A stretch of DNA of 64,000 nt from Utricularia gibba (Eukaryota; Plantae; Magnoliophyta), in the NCBI GenBank assembly GCA_002189035.1, contig NEEC01000007.1, forward strand, positions 3,162,001 through 3,226,000, read 5' to 3'. This document shows, in pieces, positions 11,001 to 24,573 of the stretch (the stretch's first letter is position 1; each line of letters begins with the position of its first letter). The notes beneath the pieces were generated by a model. The model had not been told where the DNA came from. It was given only the letters and a program-made list of their open reading frames with translations, and did no database searches. The position numbers and the translations under genes were made by a program.

Positions 11001-13379
11001 ATTGCTCGAATTTTTCTTCAGCTTCTAATTTTGCAAATAAAGATTCTTCATGAGCCTCTTCCTTTTCTTGAATTTCTTTCTTCAAGTGCTCCTCAATTAG
11101 TCCATCCATGACATCCACAGCACAAATGCTCTCAAAATCACTGGGATAATTCTTCACATCCTTCATGTCCAGTGTGATTTTGTCTTCATCAAAAGAAAGC
11201 TCAATGGTCCCCATCTTCACGTTGATAATAGCATTAGAAGTGCTCAAGAATGGTCTCCCAAGATAATGGTCGTGTCTTTTGATCCTCCAGTGGGCATGTT
11301 CACCACATAAAAATCAGATGGGAATACAAGATGCTCAATTTTCACCAAAACATCCTCTACTAGGCCCTCGGGAGAGATCACTCTCCTATCCGCTAACTCA
11401 ATTTGCACACCCGACGCTTGCAAAGGTCCCAACCTATGTGCCTCATAAACAGAATTCGACATGACATTTATAGAAGCTCCCAAGTCTGCCATAGCTCTCC
11501 TAATGCACAAATCTCCTATTTTGCATGGAATAAAAAATGTACCCGGATCCTTACGCTTCTCGGGTAATTTCCATGTAAGAAGTGCTGAGCAGCTTTCACT
11601 CAACTTCACCTTGCCCTTCTCCTTCAGCTTCGGTTTGGACATACACAATTGCTTCAAATATTTAACACTCTTCGGCACAAGATCAATATACTCCAAAAGA
11701 GTCAAATTCAATTGAGTGTTTCCCAATGCTTTCAACATTTTCTCCTTCTCGGATTGCTCTTCTTTCAGCTTCAGCCTTCCTGGAAAAGGAGGCTGAGTCA
11801 CCTTCACCGTGAAAGGTTCTGGTAGCACCTCGACTTCATCCTCACTCTGTACAACAACTTCATACTCTTTTGTCTCGTTCTCCTTAGTCTCGGGCTGGAA
11901 TAATTCTCCTCCAGGCTTCTCTTTTCCACTCCTAAGTGTCATGGCGCTGATGTTCGGCCCTCCACTGGAATTTGGATTTGGCTTGGGTTGAGATGGCAAA
12001 CTCCCTTTCTGTTTTAGGTCTCCGAGCTCTGCTGCTAGCTGACTCACTTGAACCTCCAAATTCCAGATTGCTTGTTGATTTTCAGCTTGATTCTTAATTG
12101 ATTGCACCATGAATGTCTTCAACATATCTTCCAACGAATTTCCAGAATTCACTCCAGCATTTCCTTGATTTGAGACTTGAAATGGCTGCTGGTTTTGTTG
12201 GTTTGGCCTTCGAAATGGAGGCGCCTGATAAGATCTTTGCTCCTGAAAATTTTGCTGCCCCATGGTTGAGCTTTCTCCTTTGTAAGAATTTTCATTGTTG
12301 CTCCAACGAAAATTTGGATGATCCCTCTAGCCTGGGTTGTAAGTGTTAGAATAAGGGCCATATTTCTTCCTTTACTGGGGCTCCAAGTATCCCATAGCCT
12401 TGACATGCTCTTCTTCAAATAAATCTAGGCACTTGTCCGCAACATGCCTTGTTTTGTGGCAGTTTCCGCATGGCATGTTCTTAGCCTGGAATAAGAATAG
12501 CTCCTTCATCATTTCTGACATAGCAGCAACATTTTTTGTGAGCTCATTTTCTGAACCTCCGGGCTTGCTCTCCAGTTCATACACCCTCTTGTTTGAGGCT
12601 TGCTTCCTGATGATATGCCTCAAATGCTCAGCCAACTCCTCAAGCAAGGAAAGTGCTTCGATTGGTGTCTTCTTTCTTAGAAATCCTCCTACCGCTGAAT
12701 CTACCATTGCTCGGTCAGTGCATAATAATCCATCATAGAAGTATTTGACCAAAGCATTGGTCTGAAAACCATGGTGTGGGCAGGATCCCAAAAGATGGTT
12801 AAATCTCACCCAATATTCGTGCAATGATTCTCGACTCATTTGTTCAACATCACTGATTTCTTTTCTAATTCCTTCAGCCTTGGAAGCTGGAAAATACTTG
12901 CTCAAAAACACTTTCTTCATTCCAGCCCAATCGATTATGCTTCAAGGCCTTAGTGAGTTGAACCATGTTTTAGCTCCTCCTTCCAAAGTGAACTGGAAGG
13001 CTCTCAAACAAATAGAATCTTCAATCATTCCTGCTCCCTTGAATGAAGTGCATACCGCTGTTACATTGTCTAGATGCTCATGGGGGTTCTCTCCAATTTT
13101 TCCATAAAACTTGGGCAAAAAATTGATCATCGCTGGTTTCAGCTCATTCACTCCATCCTCTGGAAATCTAATGCACAAACCCCTGTACGTGTGATCAGCA
13201 GCATCCAATTCATTTAAGGTCTTCTCAGGTTCAACCATTGTGAAATTTTTGTTAGTCTCGGGTGAGAGTTGTCTCGATCTTCTCACTTCCCTAACTCTTA
13301 CCCTGTTCTTGCTTATAGCTCTCTCAATTTCTGGAAGGAAAGTGAGATTACCTACAGCAAAAGAATGTAAATGCATCAA
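8053..13379 (-). pseudogene. Athila gag-pol (gag, aspartic protease, RT, RNase H, integrase), multiple stops and frameshifts
   Basis: gag LPKFYGKIGENPHEHL; protease AMADLGASINVM; RT SVWVSPIHVVPKK, IDYRKLN, FMDDF; RNase [14 protein letters not shown]; integrase [39 protein letters not shown]. Confidence 0.93.
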
Positions 13380-13407
13380 CTAAAAACACAAAACAATTAA
13401 ACACTGC

Positions 13408-13425
13408 TCCCCGGCAACGGTGCCA
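13408..13425 (-). other. Primer-binding site complementary to the tRNA-Asp(GUC) 3' end
   Basis: Minus strand reads TGGCACCGTTGCCGGGGA, 17/18 to TGGCGCCGTTGCCGGGGA, the complement of the recalled plant tRNA-Asp 3' end ...TCCCCGGCAACGGCGCCA. This is the typical Athila primer. Confidence 0.92.
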
Positions 13426-13428
13426 ATT

Positions 13429-14849
13429 TGATAAATGGGAATTTCCTAATATCGTTGTAAATAAAAATAGAAAATCCGTATCAAATAAATTTATAGTCCC
13501 TAATCTACATAAAATACAAATTTAGAAAACTTGTATAGTGGGTATCGGGGTCGATCACGAACAACTTGTGCTTGCTAACTATTTTAGTAGATACAAGATT
13601 TCAGATAACAGTAGGTCTTAGTCTGAACTCGGACTAACAGTGGTAAACAAGTTCAGTAAACAAGGTAGGTAAGCAATATCAGGTTTCTACGCTAAGGTAC
13701 CAGGTACTGGTTTTAACTCAGACTAATACGAGGACGCCTTAAGGATCTGCGGGTGGTGTTATGCTAAGCTTCCTAACTTAATTTAATATCTTCCTACACT
13801 CACAACTTCAAATAACCTAAGTCTACCCAGGTCATTCATGATATTTTTGGCTTAAGCTAGTCCCCAATATCATAACCAACATTGCAATTAGGTCTACCCG
13901 CATGCAAGTCATATAGAACTAGGTCTATCTGGTTCTATTGGTTCTACCCTGGACTAACACCGACTGATCCTATCTTGGTTTGTTGGTCTACCTCTAAACC
14001 AAGCATCTAAGTTGTGAAACTACTTGCTCCCCTCCTTAGGTCTACCCATGGTTTGATAGAAACATGAGTTAAGGAAGACAACTAAATTTCATCATCAACC
14101 TAAGCACATACCACCCACTTCTCCTTAAGGCATCCCTAAGACTCTAGCCACTCATGCTTTGGAAATAAAACACGATTTCATTCATATAAGTTGGCCAAAA
14201 TGGCAGAAACAATGTAAACAAATAAAATGCAGAAAGTCGAAATGTTCAGAAAACTAGAAAGTAAATAAAGATTGTTCTTCCACCCATTAGCTACTGTTCA
14301 TAGCCCGGAATAGTAGCGCTGGACTGGGCTCCAGTGCTATTCTTGATGATGAAGGCGTTTCTTCCCCCTTCTGGTTGGTTTTTCGCGTTGGGGAAGAAGA
14401 CCCCTTGCGTCCCCCCCCCCCCCACCCGTCGCTTCACTTCCCGCTCTCTCCTCTTTTTCGAAAATAAATTTTCCCTTTCCTTCACTCCATTGCACTATTG
14501 CTGTCTGCCAGTACTGTTCCCGACCGCTAGCACTGTTCCCGGCCTGAACTTGCAGACTGCGGTGAAGGCAGAACAGTGCTCTTTGTCCTTCTCCGGATTT
14601 TGCGCCCCTTTTTTGCTTGTTTTACATGTTTGCAAGTTTGATTTTCGGCTCATCTCCCTGCTGAACTTACTGAAACATTAGTAACAAGAGTTGTGGACTA
14701 AATCAAAGGATTTAGTCCACTTTTCAACATAATCACATAGGATTAACATAAACACCACTAAAGCATGAAAAACCACATTTATCTAACCTAAATCATGATA
14801 AAATATAGCTATTTTGTATTATGAATTTTAGGAAAAATGTGTGTTATCA
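13429..14849 (-). repeat. Athila 5' LTR (1421 bp)
   Basis: Direct repeat of 3594-5020. On the minus strand it is followed by AAT and then the PBS. Confidence 0.95.
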
Positions 14850-16439
14850 TTTCCCTTCTCATCAATGAGATATATCACATGAATTGTATCCAAATCACGT
14901 ATGTTTTCAAATGACCTTGTCTTTCCTTTATTTCATTTCAATTTTCATGTTTTCAAATGGATCAAAGTTGTCAATAAAATGCAAATCTTTGAAGATATTT
15001 GCTGTTGCAGAATGCAAATCAATAGCCATATATCATGCAACACGATTTTTACCAAATATCTAAATCTTATTTGCATACTAATGAATTGATTTGTTATTTA
15101 CTTTCTGTAGAGTAGTATGACCTTCAACTCAATGAAAATTATTTTATACAAGAAAAAATTTCAGACAAATAAATAAAAACAAATTCATACTTTTATAATC
15201 AATTGATTCTTGACATGGGCAACACACATGATAAATGTATATAGTTTGCTTACTAGTCATGAATTCTTTACTAAATGTGCACTATCACATGCAAGCTCAA
15301 TTTTGACATGTGACTAACTTGATTTGAACATATTTTCAAATTTTCATCTGATACTAATAATCGCTTTTATGACTTAAAGTAATAATTTCTCTTTAAGTAG
15401 TAATCATGATCATCTTTTTCCTTTCTTCATCTTGATGTTTTCTTTCTCTTTACTTCTACCATATTATAGCATCAAATCTTTAGATATATACAAACAATTA
15501 CAAGACTAATAAAAAGTAATCCTAATTTATTGACATAAAAAGAAGAGAAGAAAAATGATAATTGGAAGGCAAACTTTTTTATAAAAGAAAAAGATAATAT
15601 TGTATTTTAATATTGTGGTATTAGGAAAAACTATATAATACATAAGTTTGTATTTTACTATTCATAAAGTGTTAAATAATAATTCTATTACGATATGTAA
15701 TTTATAATATTATATAATATTACATATCTAATATATGATTAAAATATATTATTTAAAACATTACAATCTTACACCTTTTATCAAACAAGCCCTAGAGTTA
15801 ATAAAAAATTATTTTGAAAGTTAACTTGAACACTATATTAAAGTTTTTGCTAAGTACTGAAACCTATTTTATATTTATGTGATATTCTTCCTCGGAAACT
15901 TATGTATAATAATGTTGCAAAATTCGAATCAAAGTTTAAATATTTTAAAGTACAGTGAAAACCTTCTACTTATATATTTCTTATTTTATGATTAATAATC
16001 TTGACGTATATGGTGATGATGTTTAAATGAATTTGTTGTAGCTTTGTTTTAGGATTTTTTAATGTTATCTATAATTTTATAACAAAAAGATATGGATCAA
16101 GTACAAAATTATATTGTTTATTTTGGTATTTTAAAATTATATAGGTGCACTTAACGAATCTTATTTTGATATATTAGTTAGCCAACAACTAGTGATAAGG
16201 TTTTGTCATCAAAAAAGCACATCCACCAACATCTTTCGTGTTTATGATAGCCAAGTTCTACATGATGTTGTTAGTCATAATTTCAGTGTACAAAAAGGTT
16301 AGTTATGCATATTATTTTATTATTTAATGCGAATCATTTAGAATACTTATATCACACAATCACAAGTTATTATTATCTTTTTATGATGAGTTTTTAATTC
16401 CTTATTGAGGTGTTCATTATTATCTAAAAGAATGAAAAC

Positions 16440-16700
16440 AAAGGATTTTGAGGATCTTAAAATGTAAGGAAATATTTCAATATGCGATAGTCATCGTAAT
16501 TGAAAGGACTTATAGTATTAATGAAAATGGGATAGAGTGTTCTATGCATTGTAAATTTCTATTAAATAAAACTATAAATGGAAATATTAGGGCTCATATA
16601 TTTTTTTTTTTACATAATTTCATTAGAAATGATTGACCAAATGATCACGTGGAAGGTAGGTTGTCAAAAGATTTTGTTAATCTTGATCCCAAAGATAATA
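16440..16700 (+). mobile_element. PIF/Harbinger transposase C-terminal relic
   Basis: Translation VIERTYSI...FLHNFIRND resembles the VIERxFGxLK...C.LHNFIR motifs of Harbinger DDE transposases. Heavily decayed. Confidence 0.35.
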
Positions 16701-17249
16701 ACAATATTGAGGATGAAATCTCCACGATTATAATATCCCAAGAATGAATCATGTGATGAGGTGATCTTACAAATAGCATATATAAAAAATGAAGTAGCAT
16801 AAGAAGTAAAAGAAGATATAGAGACCATTGAATAAATATTTAAATTATATGTTATTTCTTAAAATATGTATGACATGTGTCTAGTGTTTGAATAGATATT
16901 ATTTATGATAATGTTTTACGAAGAATTGTGATGTTTGCATGATTTTCTTATTTAATAGTAGTGGAGGAAGCATTGTAAATGCACAATTGTCATTTTTTAT
17001 ACTCATTGTGCAAACACTACAAAATTGTGATGCTTAATTTATTAATTGTTAATTTATGATTGAATCAAGCTAAAGCCACAATAACAAAATATCAAAAAAA
17101 TGAGAGTTATTTTCATGATATCTCAAGAAATTACCTCTACTATTATCTGCATTTTAATGTCTGAACTTTTATGAAATATTTGCATTTTCACAAAATACAA
17201 TTTTTACACTTATTGTTTAGTGGATTTTGGGTTGATAACAAGAAGCGAA

Positions 17250-18240
17250 TGTTTGCTATTAATCTTAGTAGATGTAGAATCACAGAATAACTTTACTCTT
17301 AGTTTTAGATCAAACTAATATTGATATATATGACAAGTAATTCAAATCAAATAACAATGCAGTAAGTAGATAATTTGACTCTTACATAAAAAAAATGTAA
17401 TGCCTCAAGGTATTCAGGTAGTGTGGTAAACCAACTCCTATATTCTTTCATGAAATTTCACACTTTCATAACTTCAAACAGCCTAAATCTACCCAAGTCA
17501 TTTGCTACATCTTCACCTACAATACTCCCTAGTATCCCAACCCATTTCATGCATGGCTTTACCAAAACACATAAAACTAAGTACTTAGTTCTACCCAAGA
17601 GAACACCTATTAGGCTTGTCTCAACTCCTTGGTCTACTTTTAAATTGAGGATCTGAGTTATGCAACTGGTTTGTTTATTCCTTAGGTTTACTTGAGGCAT
17701 AGTAACACATACAAAAGTTGTGTGAGAATTACAATTAAAATAAACATTCATCTTATACCACCTTCATTACTCTTAGACATCTCCTAGGTTTAGTCACTCA
17801 TAATTGGTGCACTAAGCATGCTTTCGTAGATATAAATTGAAAATATCATCACAACTATTATAAGAGAAACAGTAACAAAAGTAAAGTATTCAACAAAAAA
17901 GAATAAAGTAAAATACGTTTCTGCTTCCATTTGCTACTGTTCACATCTCGAAATAGTAGCATTGAACTAAGTGTCGATGGTTAATCTTCACGTATAAGGT
18001 TCTTCTCTTGGAAAAATCGTTTTATTCTTTCTTGGTGTTCATCCTTGAAGTCCCTGCCCAAGCTCTCTATGTGTGTTGGTGAAGACACTTTGTTTCTTTT
18101 CTCTCTCCAGACTACTTCTATGAGTATTGTGACTAAGGTTTTATACTCACCTTCAGTGTTGGATCTTGCAATGGTATATTGTATTCAACTCTTCCATCCA
18201 ATCAAACTACTACAAAAATAAATGCAAAAACCTATCACTC
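17250..18240 (-). mobile_element. Old, diverged Athila-family LTR relic
   Basis: Colinear matches to the 3594-5020 LTR, e.g. AACTTCAAACAGCCTAAATCTACCCAAGTCATT vs AACTTCAAATAACCTAAGTCTACCCAGGTCATT, and GCTACTGTTCACATCTCGAAATAGTAGCA vs GCTACTGTTCACAGCCCGGAACAGTAGCA. Boundaries approximate. Confidence 0.6.
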
Positions 18241-20255
18241 AGCGTCTTGTAATGGGATCAGTAGCCCAATCAATGTCATAATAAGCCACTATGGCGTTTA
18301 AATACAAATATTGTGAATTATCCCCATGTAGTGTCAATCTTTCCTATATGCTACCACGTACAAAGTGAAGAATGCGCTTTAAGGTGTTGAAGTGTTCTAG
18401 GTGAGTTGATGTATGTGTTGACAAACATTGTTCACACTATATGCTACTAATTTGTTTTAAATGCAGCAGCAAAGTCTTATAATTAAGGGGGCAAGAGAAG
18501 AATTTTGTGCAGCCATCAATCAATTGACATGCGGCACAAAAGGGAAGACAATGAATGCAACTTTCCAATGATTTAGATCGAGCTGAACATCTTGCACTAA
18601 GCAATTAAATTGGTCAATAAATTTCCTCAAGCTTTCCTTTCGGTGATCATATCGAAATGAGTACAATTCTATCAATATTGACTATATATCGGATTATGAA
18701 TAGCAGAACTAGCTTCCAATAAGATTTCAAGCGAACATGCGAACAACTTACACTTTATGCCTTTAGAGCATCACATAGCCATCATCCTCATATCAAAATG
18801 AATCACATGGGATATGAGTTCCTCTTTTACGTGATAAGTCAACAAATTATTTGGGATCCTCAATCCCCTCTTTGGTTCTACCTTGTTCAAATCATTTGAC
18901 ATGAATCAAAACATGACATCGACATTCTTGAGAGTCCGTCAAAATTATTCTTCAAAGCCGCATTGATATCGGTCATTATATCTCCGTGTCCGGTATACAC
19001 ATTTTGTTCAAACGCATCTCTAAATCCCCGTGATTCCCACGTTGCTCGATTGTTCTATCCGCCATTCGATTTACCTCTTCATCAACATGATTTCTTCCAC
19101 CTCAATTTCCCTTTTACCTAGGACATCTCTCACCTTTTCCTTCCTCTTCGTAGATAACTCTCTTGCGCCTTTTCCTTCTCTCTTCCTCAAATTCTAATTT
19201 AGTCTCAATTTTTGAAGGACATTTAGGTATCATTGGCTCCTTTCCAACTCTTCAAGTTGTTTTCGGTGTTTTCTCCTGCACATTTGAGTTGAGCTCTAGT
19301 GAGGTCTTTATATCAAAGAAACTTTTTGTGATTTAATGCCTTGAGTTGTTCTTGGTTTATCAACATCAAACCTAGCTTGTGCATATCAATATTGTAACCA
19401 TTATTGACATTCATAATAGCAGTTAGTTTCACCATATTGAATGTTTGGCAAATGATTTTTGTGGATTCTCAAGTGGGACAATAGATCTATCCCATGGTGG
19501 GCACTAAAATTTTGTGGATAGAAATCAACTGTAGGATGAGTGGCTGATTTTCAATGGATAAGTCGATAACCTACTGATTTGTATTACTTAGGTTTTATTC
19601 TCTCATTAGTATGAATGCAATAAAGAAGGCAAGGGTTTCTTACGTGGAAACCATCATAAAAAAAAACCATAAAATTGGGGGAGCTTGTTGGAGAAAATGG
19701 ATTTGCTAAGTGAAATGGGCAAAGTTACAAGGTGTGCATTAGATGTAGAATGCTACTCTCCAAATTTGGGCTCTTATTTAAAGAGAAGTCCTGATTGATC
19801 GATTATGTAGGGGTTAGGTACTTTTTGTATCTGATAGGATTTGTCTTATCTTGCTAGTATTCCTGATGATAGATAATCGTCTCATGTTCAGTCTTTCTAT
19901 AGTTTAGCAGCTTTTTAGACTATTTGACAATAGTTGCAGACGGACATTAACTCTTTTCTATCCCCCCCCTCATGATATGCATCTGATTTGCTAATTACGT
20001 CTAGACCATCTTATTGCTGATGGGTGAATCCATTACTTAGTCTTGGTTTAATCAATATATTCCTTAATTGATTCTTCCAATCCATTTCCCTTCTTTTATG
20101 TCAATTTCTAAGCTTAGGTCTTATTGTTGAGTATTTTTCGTACATCCACCTTAAAATATCAATTTTGGCCACCATGATTATGCATAGGAAAAATGGCATT
20201 GCATCCAGAACTTCATAGTTTCAAGGGAGTCTTAAATCGACCATGAAGTAAAGCA

Positions 20256-23200
20256 TGTGCTAAAGATATACTTCAGGCTATGTTGATCCGTAGAGAGCTC
20301 GCACTGCACGCCATAAAGGTAGTGTCACCATGCCTTCAAAGCAAAGATAACTACAACCAACTCCAAGTCTTGCACCGGAGTATTCCTCTCGTGATCCTTC
20401 AATTGTCTCAAGGCATAAGTGATGACCATATCATCCTATATCAATACCGCTCCAAGTCCTTTACCACTAGCATCCGTATAGACCACATACTGATTCCTTT
20501 CCTGAGGTAGCGTTAGGACAGGGGTTGTAGTGAGCTCCTTCTTCAACCTTGTGAAGCTCTCCTGGCATTGATTTGTCCATGTGAACATCTTCCCTTTTCA
20601 TAATAGCTCCTTTAGGGTTGGGCTTTCTGAGAAAAAGACTTGATAAATCGTCTGTTGTAGGCAATAAGACCCAAGAAACTCCGTACATCCCCAACGTTCT
20701 TAGATCTCGGCCATGCCACCACTACCTCCACCTTTTTTGGGTCCTCCTCGACCCTCTTGCCACTAATAACATGTCCAAGGAATCTAATACTCGATAAATA
20801 AAACACATTTTCTCGCCTTAGCATGTAGTTTCTTTTCACGAAGCTGGTCAAGCACAACCCATAGGTGTTCGTCATGGGTGTCTTTATCCAAGGACTACAC
20901 CAGTATGTCGTCTATGAAGACAACCATGAAGCTATCGAGATAATGTTACAAGACCCTTTCATCAAGTCCATGACTACAGGGGCATTGGTGAGGCCAAAAG
21001 GTAGTACCATGATTTCAAAGTATCCATATCTCATCCGAAACACCGTCTTAGGAATGTTACCCTCTCGTATCTTCAACTGATGATAACCAGACCACAAATT
21101 GATCTTGGAGAATACCGTCACCCGCTTCAACTGATCGAAGAGGTCATCGATTCTTGATAGTGGATACTTATTCTTGATCATCACCTTGTTGATCTCCTGA
21201 TAGTCCACACATAATCTCAACGTCCCCTCCTTCATGAACAACACTGGGGCGCCCCATGGTGAGGTGCTGGGGTGTATAAATCCTTTTGCCTGAAGGTCCT
21301 CCAATTGTGCCTTGAGTTCCTTCACCTCTATTGGTGCCATTCGGTAGGGTGCTCGTGAGATAGGTCTGGCCCTCGGTACTAGGTCAATCCCAAACTCAAT
21401 CTCCTGATCAGGCATGTGACCTAATAGCTCTTCCGAAAAGACATCGCAATACTCCTGGATAAGGGTCTTCGCCCTCTCTACCAGTACCCCTTCGCTGCCC
21501 ATTTATGGGACATATGCTAGTAGGTAACATCCCACTTCGTCCTCTTTTTATACCATTTCTAGAATGTTCCTATTTGGATGATATTCCCATATGCGTCCTC
21601 TATCATCTTCAAGTTCCACAGTTCTATCTATACAATTGATTCGTGTCTTGTACTTACATAGTCAATCCAGCCCCAAAATGACGTCCATCTCTTTTATCTC
21701 CAGCCCTATTAGTGCTAGTGTTGCTTCCATATCCCCTATCTGAATACTGACTTCCGGATACCATCATTTACCTCTCAAAATCCCACCTTTTGGGGTCCTA
21801 GCCTGGAACTCGAACCTTAACTTTTCTCCCACCAAACTCAATCATTCCGCATAATGCTCCGATATAAATGAGTGTGTAGCTCCACAATCAAATAAAGTGA
21901 TAACTTCAATATTAAAGAGTTTGGTCGTATCTATGATGGCCTTGTCGTCACGCTTTGCCTCAGTGTGGTCTAGGTAATAAACACGCCCACTCTTGCGGTT
22001 GCCCTCCTGCACTACTAGTCCCATTGCACGTGTGGGGCAGTTCCTTGCAAGGTGTCCACCCTGCCCACACACGTAGCTTGCATGGCACTCCCCTGCGTGT
22101 TTCCTTCCACACATCACATATGTCAGATTTGAGTTCCATCTGCTTTCCTTCCTTGGCTGGTTCACAATTTTGACCTTCCTCTCACCAGTGATCATGCACT
22201 TGTTGCGACCCTCATTCAATGCTGCCAACTCAGTTCCACTAGCAAGGTTGACCTCAGTAATTTACCCATTGTCTCTACTGCCACTATGATGATTCTCTTA
22301 CGAAGTCGGGGCATCAGAGCCTGTCGAAACTTCAGCACCATCAATTGCTCTCCCCCTTGTCAATCTAGGCACCACCGTGCCAGACATTGATAACAAGTGT
22401 GGAAGTCATACAGTGTCTCCCCACTTCGCTGCCGAATAGCCTCAAACTCGACCACCTTCTGGGTGATCACCACTGTGGGGTAGTAGCGAACGAGAAATTT
22501 CTTGCAGAAATCATCCCAGTTCACGGGCTCATCTGAAGCCCCAAGGCTCCTCCACCATCTCGCAGCATCACCCACCAAGAAGTCAGCGGCAATTCACCCA
22601 TGTAATTCCCTTGGGGTGTTGTGGATCCGGTTGTTTTGTTCTAGCTCCATAATCCAAGAGTCCGCCTCATCAGGAATCCCTCCTCCGAATGTAACCATGC
22701 GTCTCTTCTTAACACACAGATAGTGGTTTCTCTCTTCTTCTTCATGAGACTTCCATTGTTCCACATTGGGTGTACGTGCACCCACTACAACCACGATAGG
22801 TGCTGCTAATTGTTCCATCCCGCTAGGTGGAGTCTCCACATTCCCTGCAACTGAATTCTGCTCCTCCTTGTTCGTTAATGGTGTCATTACTTGCACCATC
22901 CCCATATGCCTATCACACGACTTAACTCATTAGCATCATCGTACTTACCTGGATGTCCCGGTTGCGTGACGGAGGACTAAAGGGGTGATTGAGTGAAACT
23001 AGATCTAATATCAAAATGTAACGACCCAAGAAGGCGGCCTGGTAGCCCTGGTCGTTACCCCACCCAAAAACATGGCATGTCTTTTGGGTGGCTTTGATCT
23101 GATTCGTTTAACCCGCGTGGACACAAGATTATTGAGGATTATCTTATTCATAAATATGAGAAAACCATTCAACATAATGCATGAAAAACACATCAAACAG

Positions 23201-23530
23201 AAGACAATTCACCAACTTTCTATTCCCCAGTCCCCTCGGACCTCTAGATTCACTCCGCTAGCCCTTCTGCCTCTACACCAGTCTCCACATGACCAGAACC
23301 TTCACCTACATATAAGTTCGTAAGGGGATCAACATATACATAGGTGGAGCACATAACCAACCATAATCACATCATCATAAGCATGACACACATCATCATA
23401 AGCACAATATCAACACATATCATCGTAAGAGCATAAACACATATATCATAAGGACCCGTCGGTCACAAGGGCGTGCATCCCATGATAGCACATCACGTTA
23501 CCATCGGGAGGGATCCCAGCCACGGTGATC
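20256..23530 (-). mobile_element. Truncated Tekay/Del-type chromovirus (Ty3/gypsy): part of 5' LTR, gag, protease, RT, RNase H
   Basis: LTR edge TGTAACGACCC at 23017 next to a degenerate Met PBS (GATCTAATATCA vs GCTCTGATACCA). gag VGDAARWW; CCHC knuckle CGQGGHLARNC; protease LFDCGATHSFIS; [13 protein letters not shown]...SPWGAPVLF...PFGLTNAP; RNase H YTDASGKGLGAVL. Integrase absent. Confidence 0.88.
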
Positions 23531-23764
23531 TGTCTCAACCCTGCTCCCTTTGAAGCTCATGGCAAAATCTATCCCCAATCTCATGTTCGATTGCCATCAG
23601 AGATACCTCAGGCAAGGGTCCGACCCTATCCCTTCGGGCTCATCATCTTACCACTCTTTGGCCCTTATTCATATGCTCTCGCTCATGCTTCCCCTTACCT
23701 TCATGTGGCTCCTTGCTCTTCTTCCAAAATGTGACCTTCTCCTTCCGTATCTTCTTTGATTTTC

Positions 23765-24275
23765 CATAACTTAGATGCTTGATTTAGAGGTAGACCAATA
23801 AATCAAGGTGGAAATAGAAGATGGTAATTTTGAGTACAACCAGTAGAGTCGGGTAGACCTAATTCTACATATTTCACACATGGATAGATTTAAGTATGGG
23901 ATGATTAGTGACATTAGAGGCTATCTTAACCAAAACATGAGAAATGATCAAGATAGACTTAGGTTGTTTGCAGTTGTGAGTATCTTAGTGCCATATCACC
24001 TAGACTACCTTAAGCGTCATAGTATTAGATTGTACACCAAACCTGTACTTGTTACCTTTTGCATTGTGATTTGATTTTCTTTCTTGAATTCACATACCGC
24101 TATTAGTTTGAACTTAGATTAAGAGAAATATTTATTCTGAATTCTGTAACTACTAAAATACACAACAAACACTTAACTCTTGTGATCGAATTGTATTTTT
24201 TGAGGACTAGGATTTATAAATTTATTTGATACGAAAATTCAATTTCTTGCAATGACTTAGTAATTTTTGTTTATT
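23765..24275 (+). mobile_element. Diverged Athila-family LTR fragment (3' half), opposite orientation
   Basis: ACTTAGATGCTTGATTTAGAGGTAGACCAATAAA and TATAAATTTATTTGATACG match the reverse complement of the 3594-4180 part of the intact LTR. Confidence 0.65.
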
Positions 24276-24573
24276 AAGTATGTTTGCCTAAGTGGCAAGG
24301 GTGACATAGAAAATTGAATATGAGAAGAATCAATAGGAATTAATTTTTTATTGCATAAAGAGCTTAATGTGTTGAAATTATAATTACTGAACGTTCATGC
24401 CATTGTCTGATACAAAACAAGAGATAGAATAAAATTGAGAAACAAAAGCCGAGAGAGGCTCCAGGTTATGACTCTAATCAAGATAATAGAGGTGACCCCG
24501 ACATGTTCCCTTAATAAGTGGAATACTAGACACTAGATCCTTTTGAAAAATAGGAGTAAAGGTACAATCAGCA

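Larger units (their letters stand above)
3594..14849 (-). mobile_element. Full-length Athila-type Ty3/gypsy LTR retrotransposon, degenerate coding region
   Basis: Two near-identical LTRs with TGATAA...TTATCA termini. 5-bp TSD TTTCC at 3589-3593 and 14850-14854. tRNA-Asp PBS. Domain order gag-PR-RT-RH-INT followed by an env-like ORF. Confidence 0.96.

Noticed and set aside
23320-23460. Short ACATCATCATAAGCA-type repeats resembling an array
   Set aside because: Irregular low-complexity repeats typical of Tekay LTRs. There are no unique spacers, so this is not CRISPR-like.
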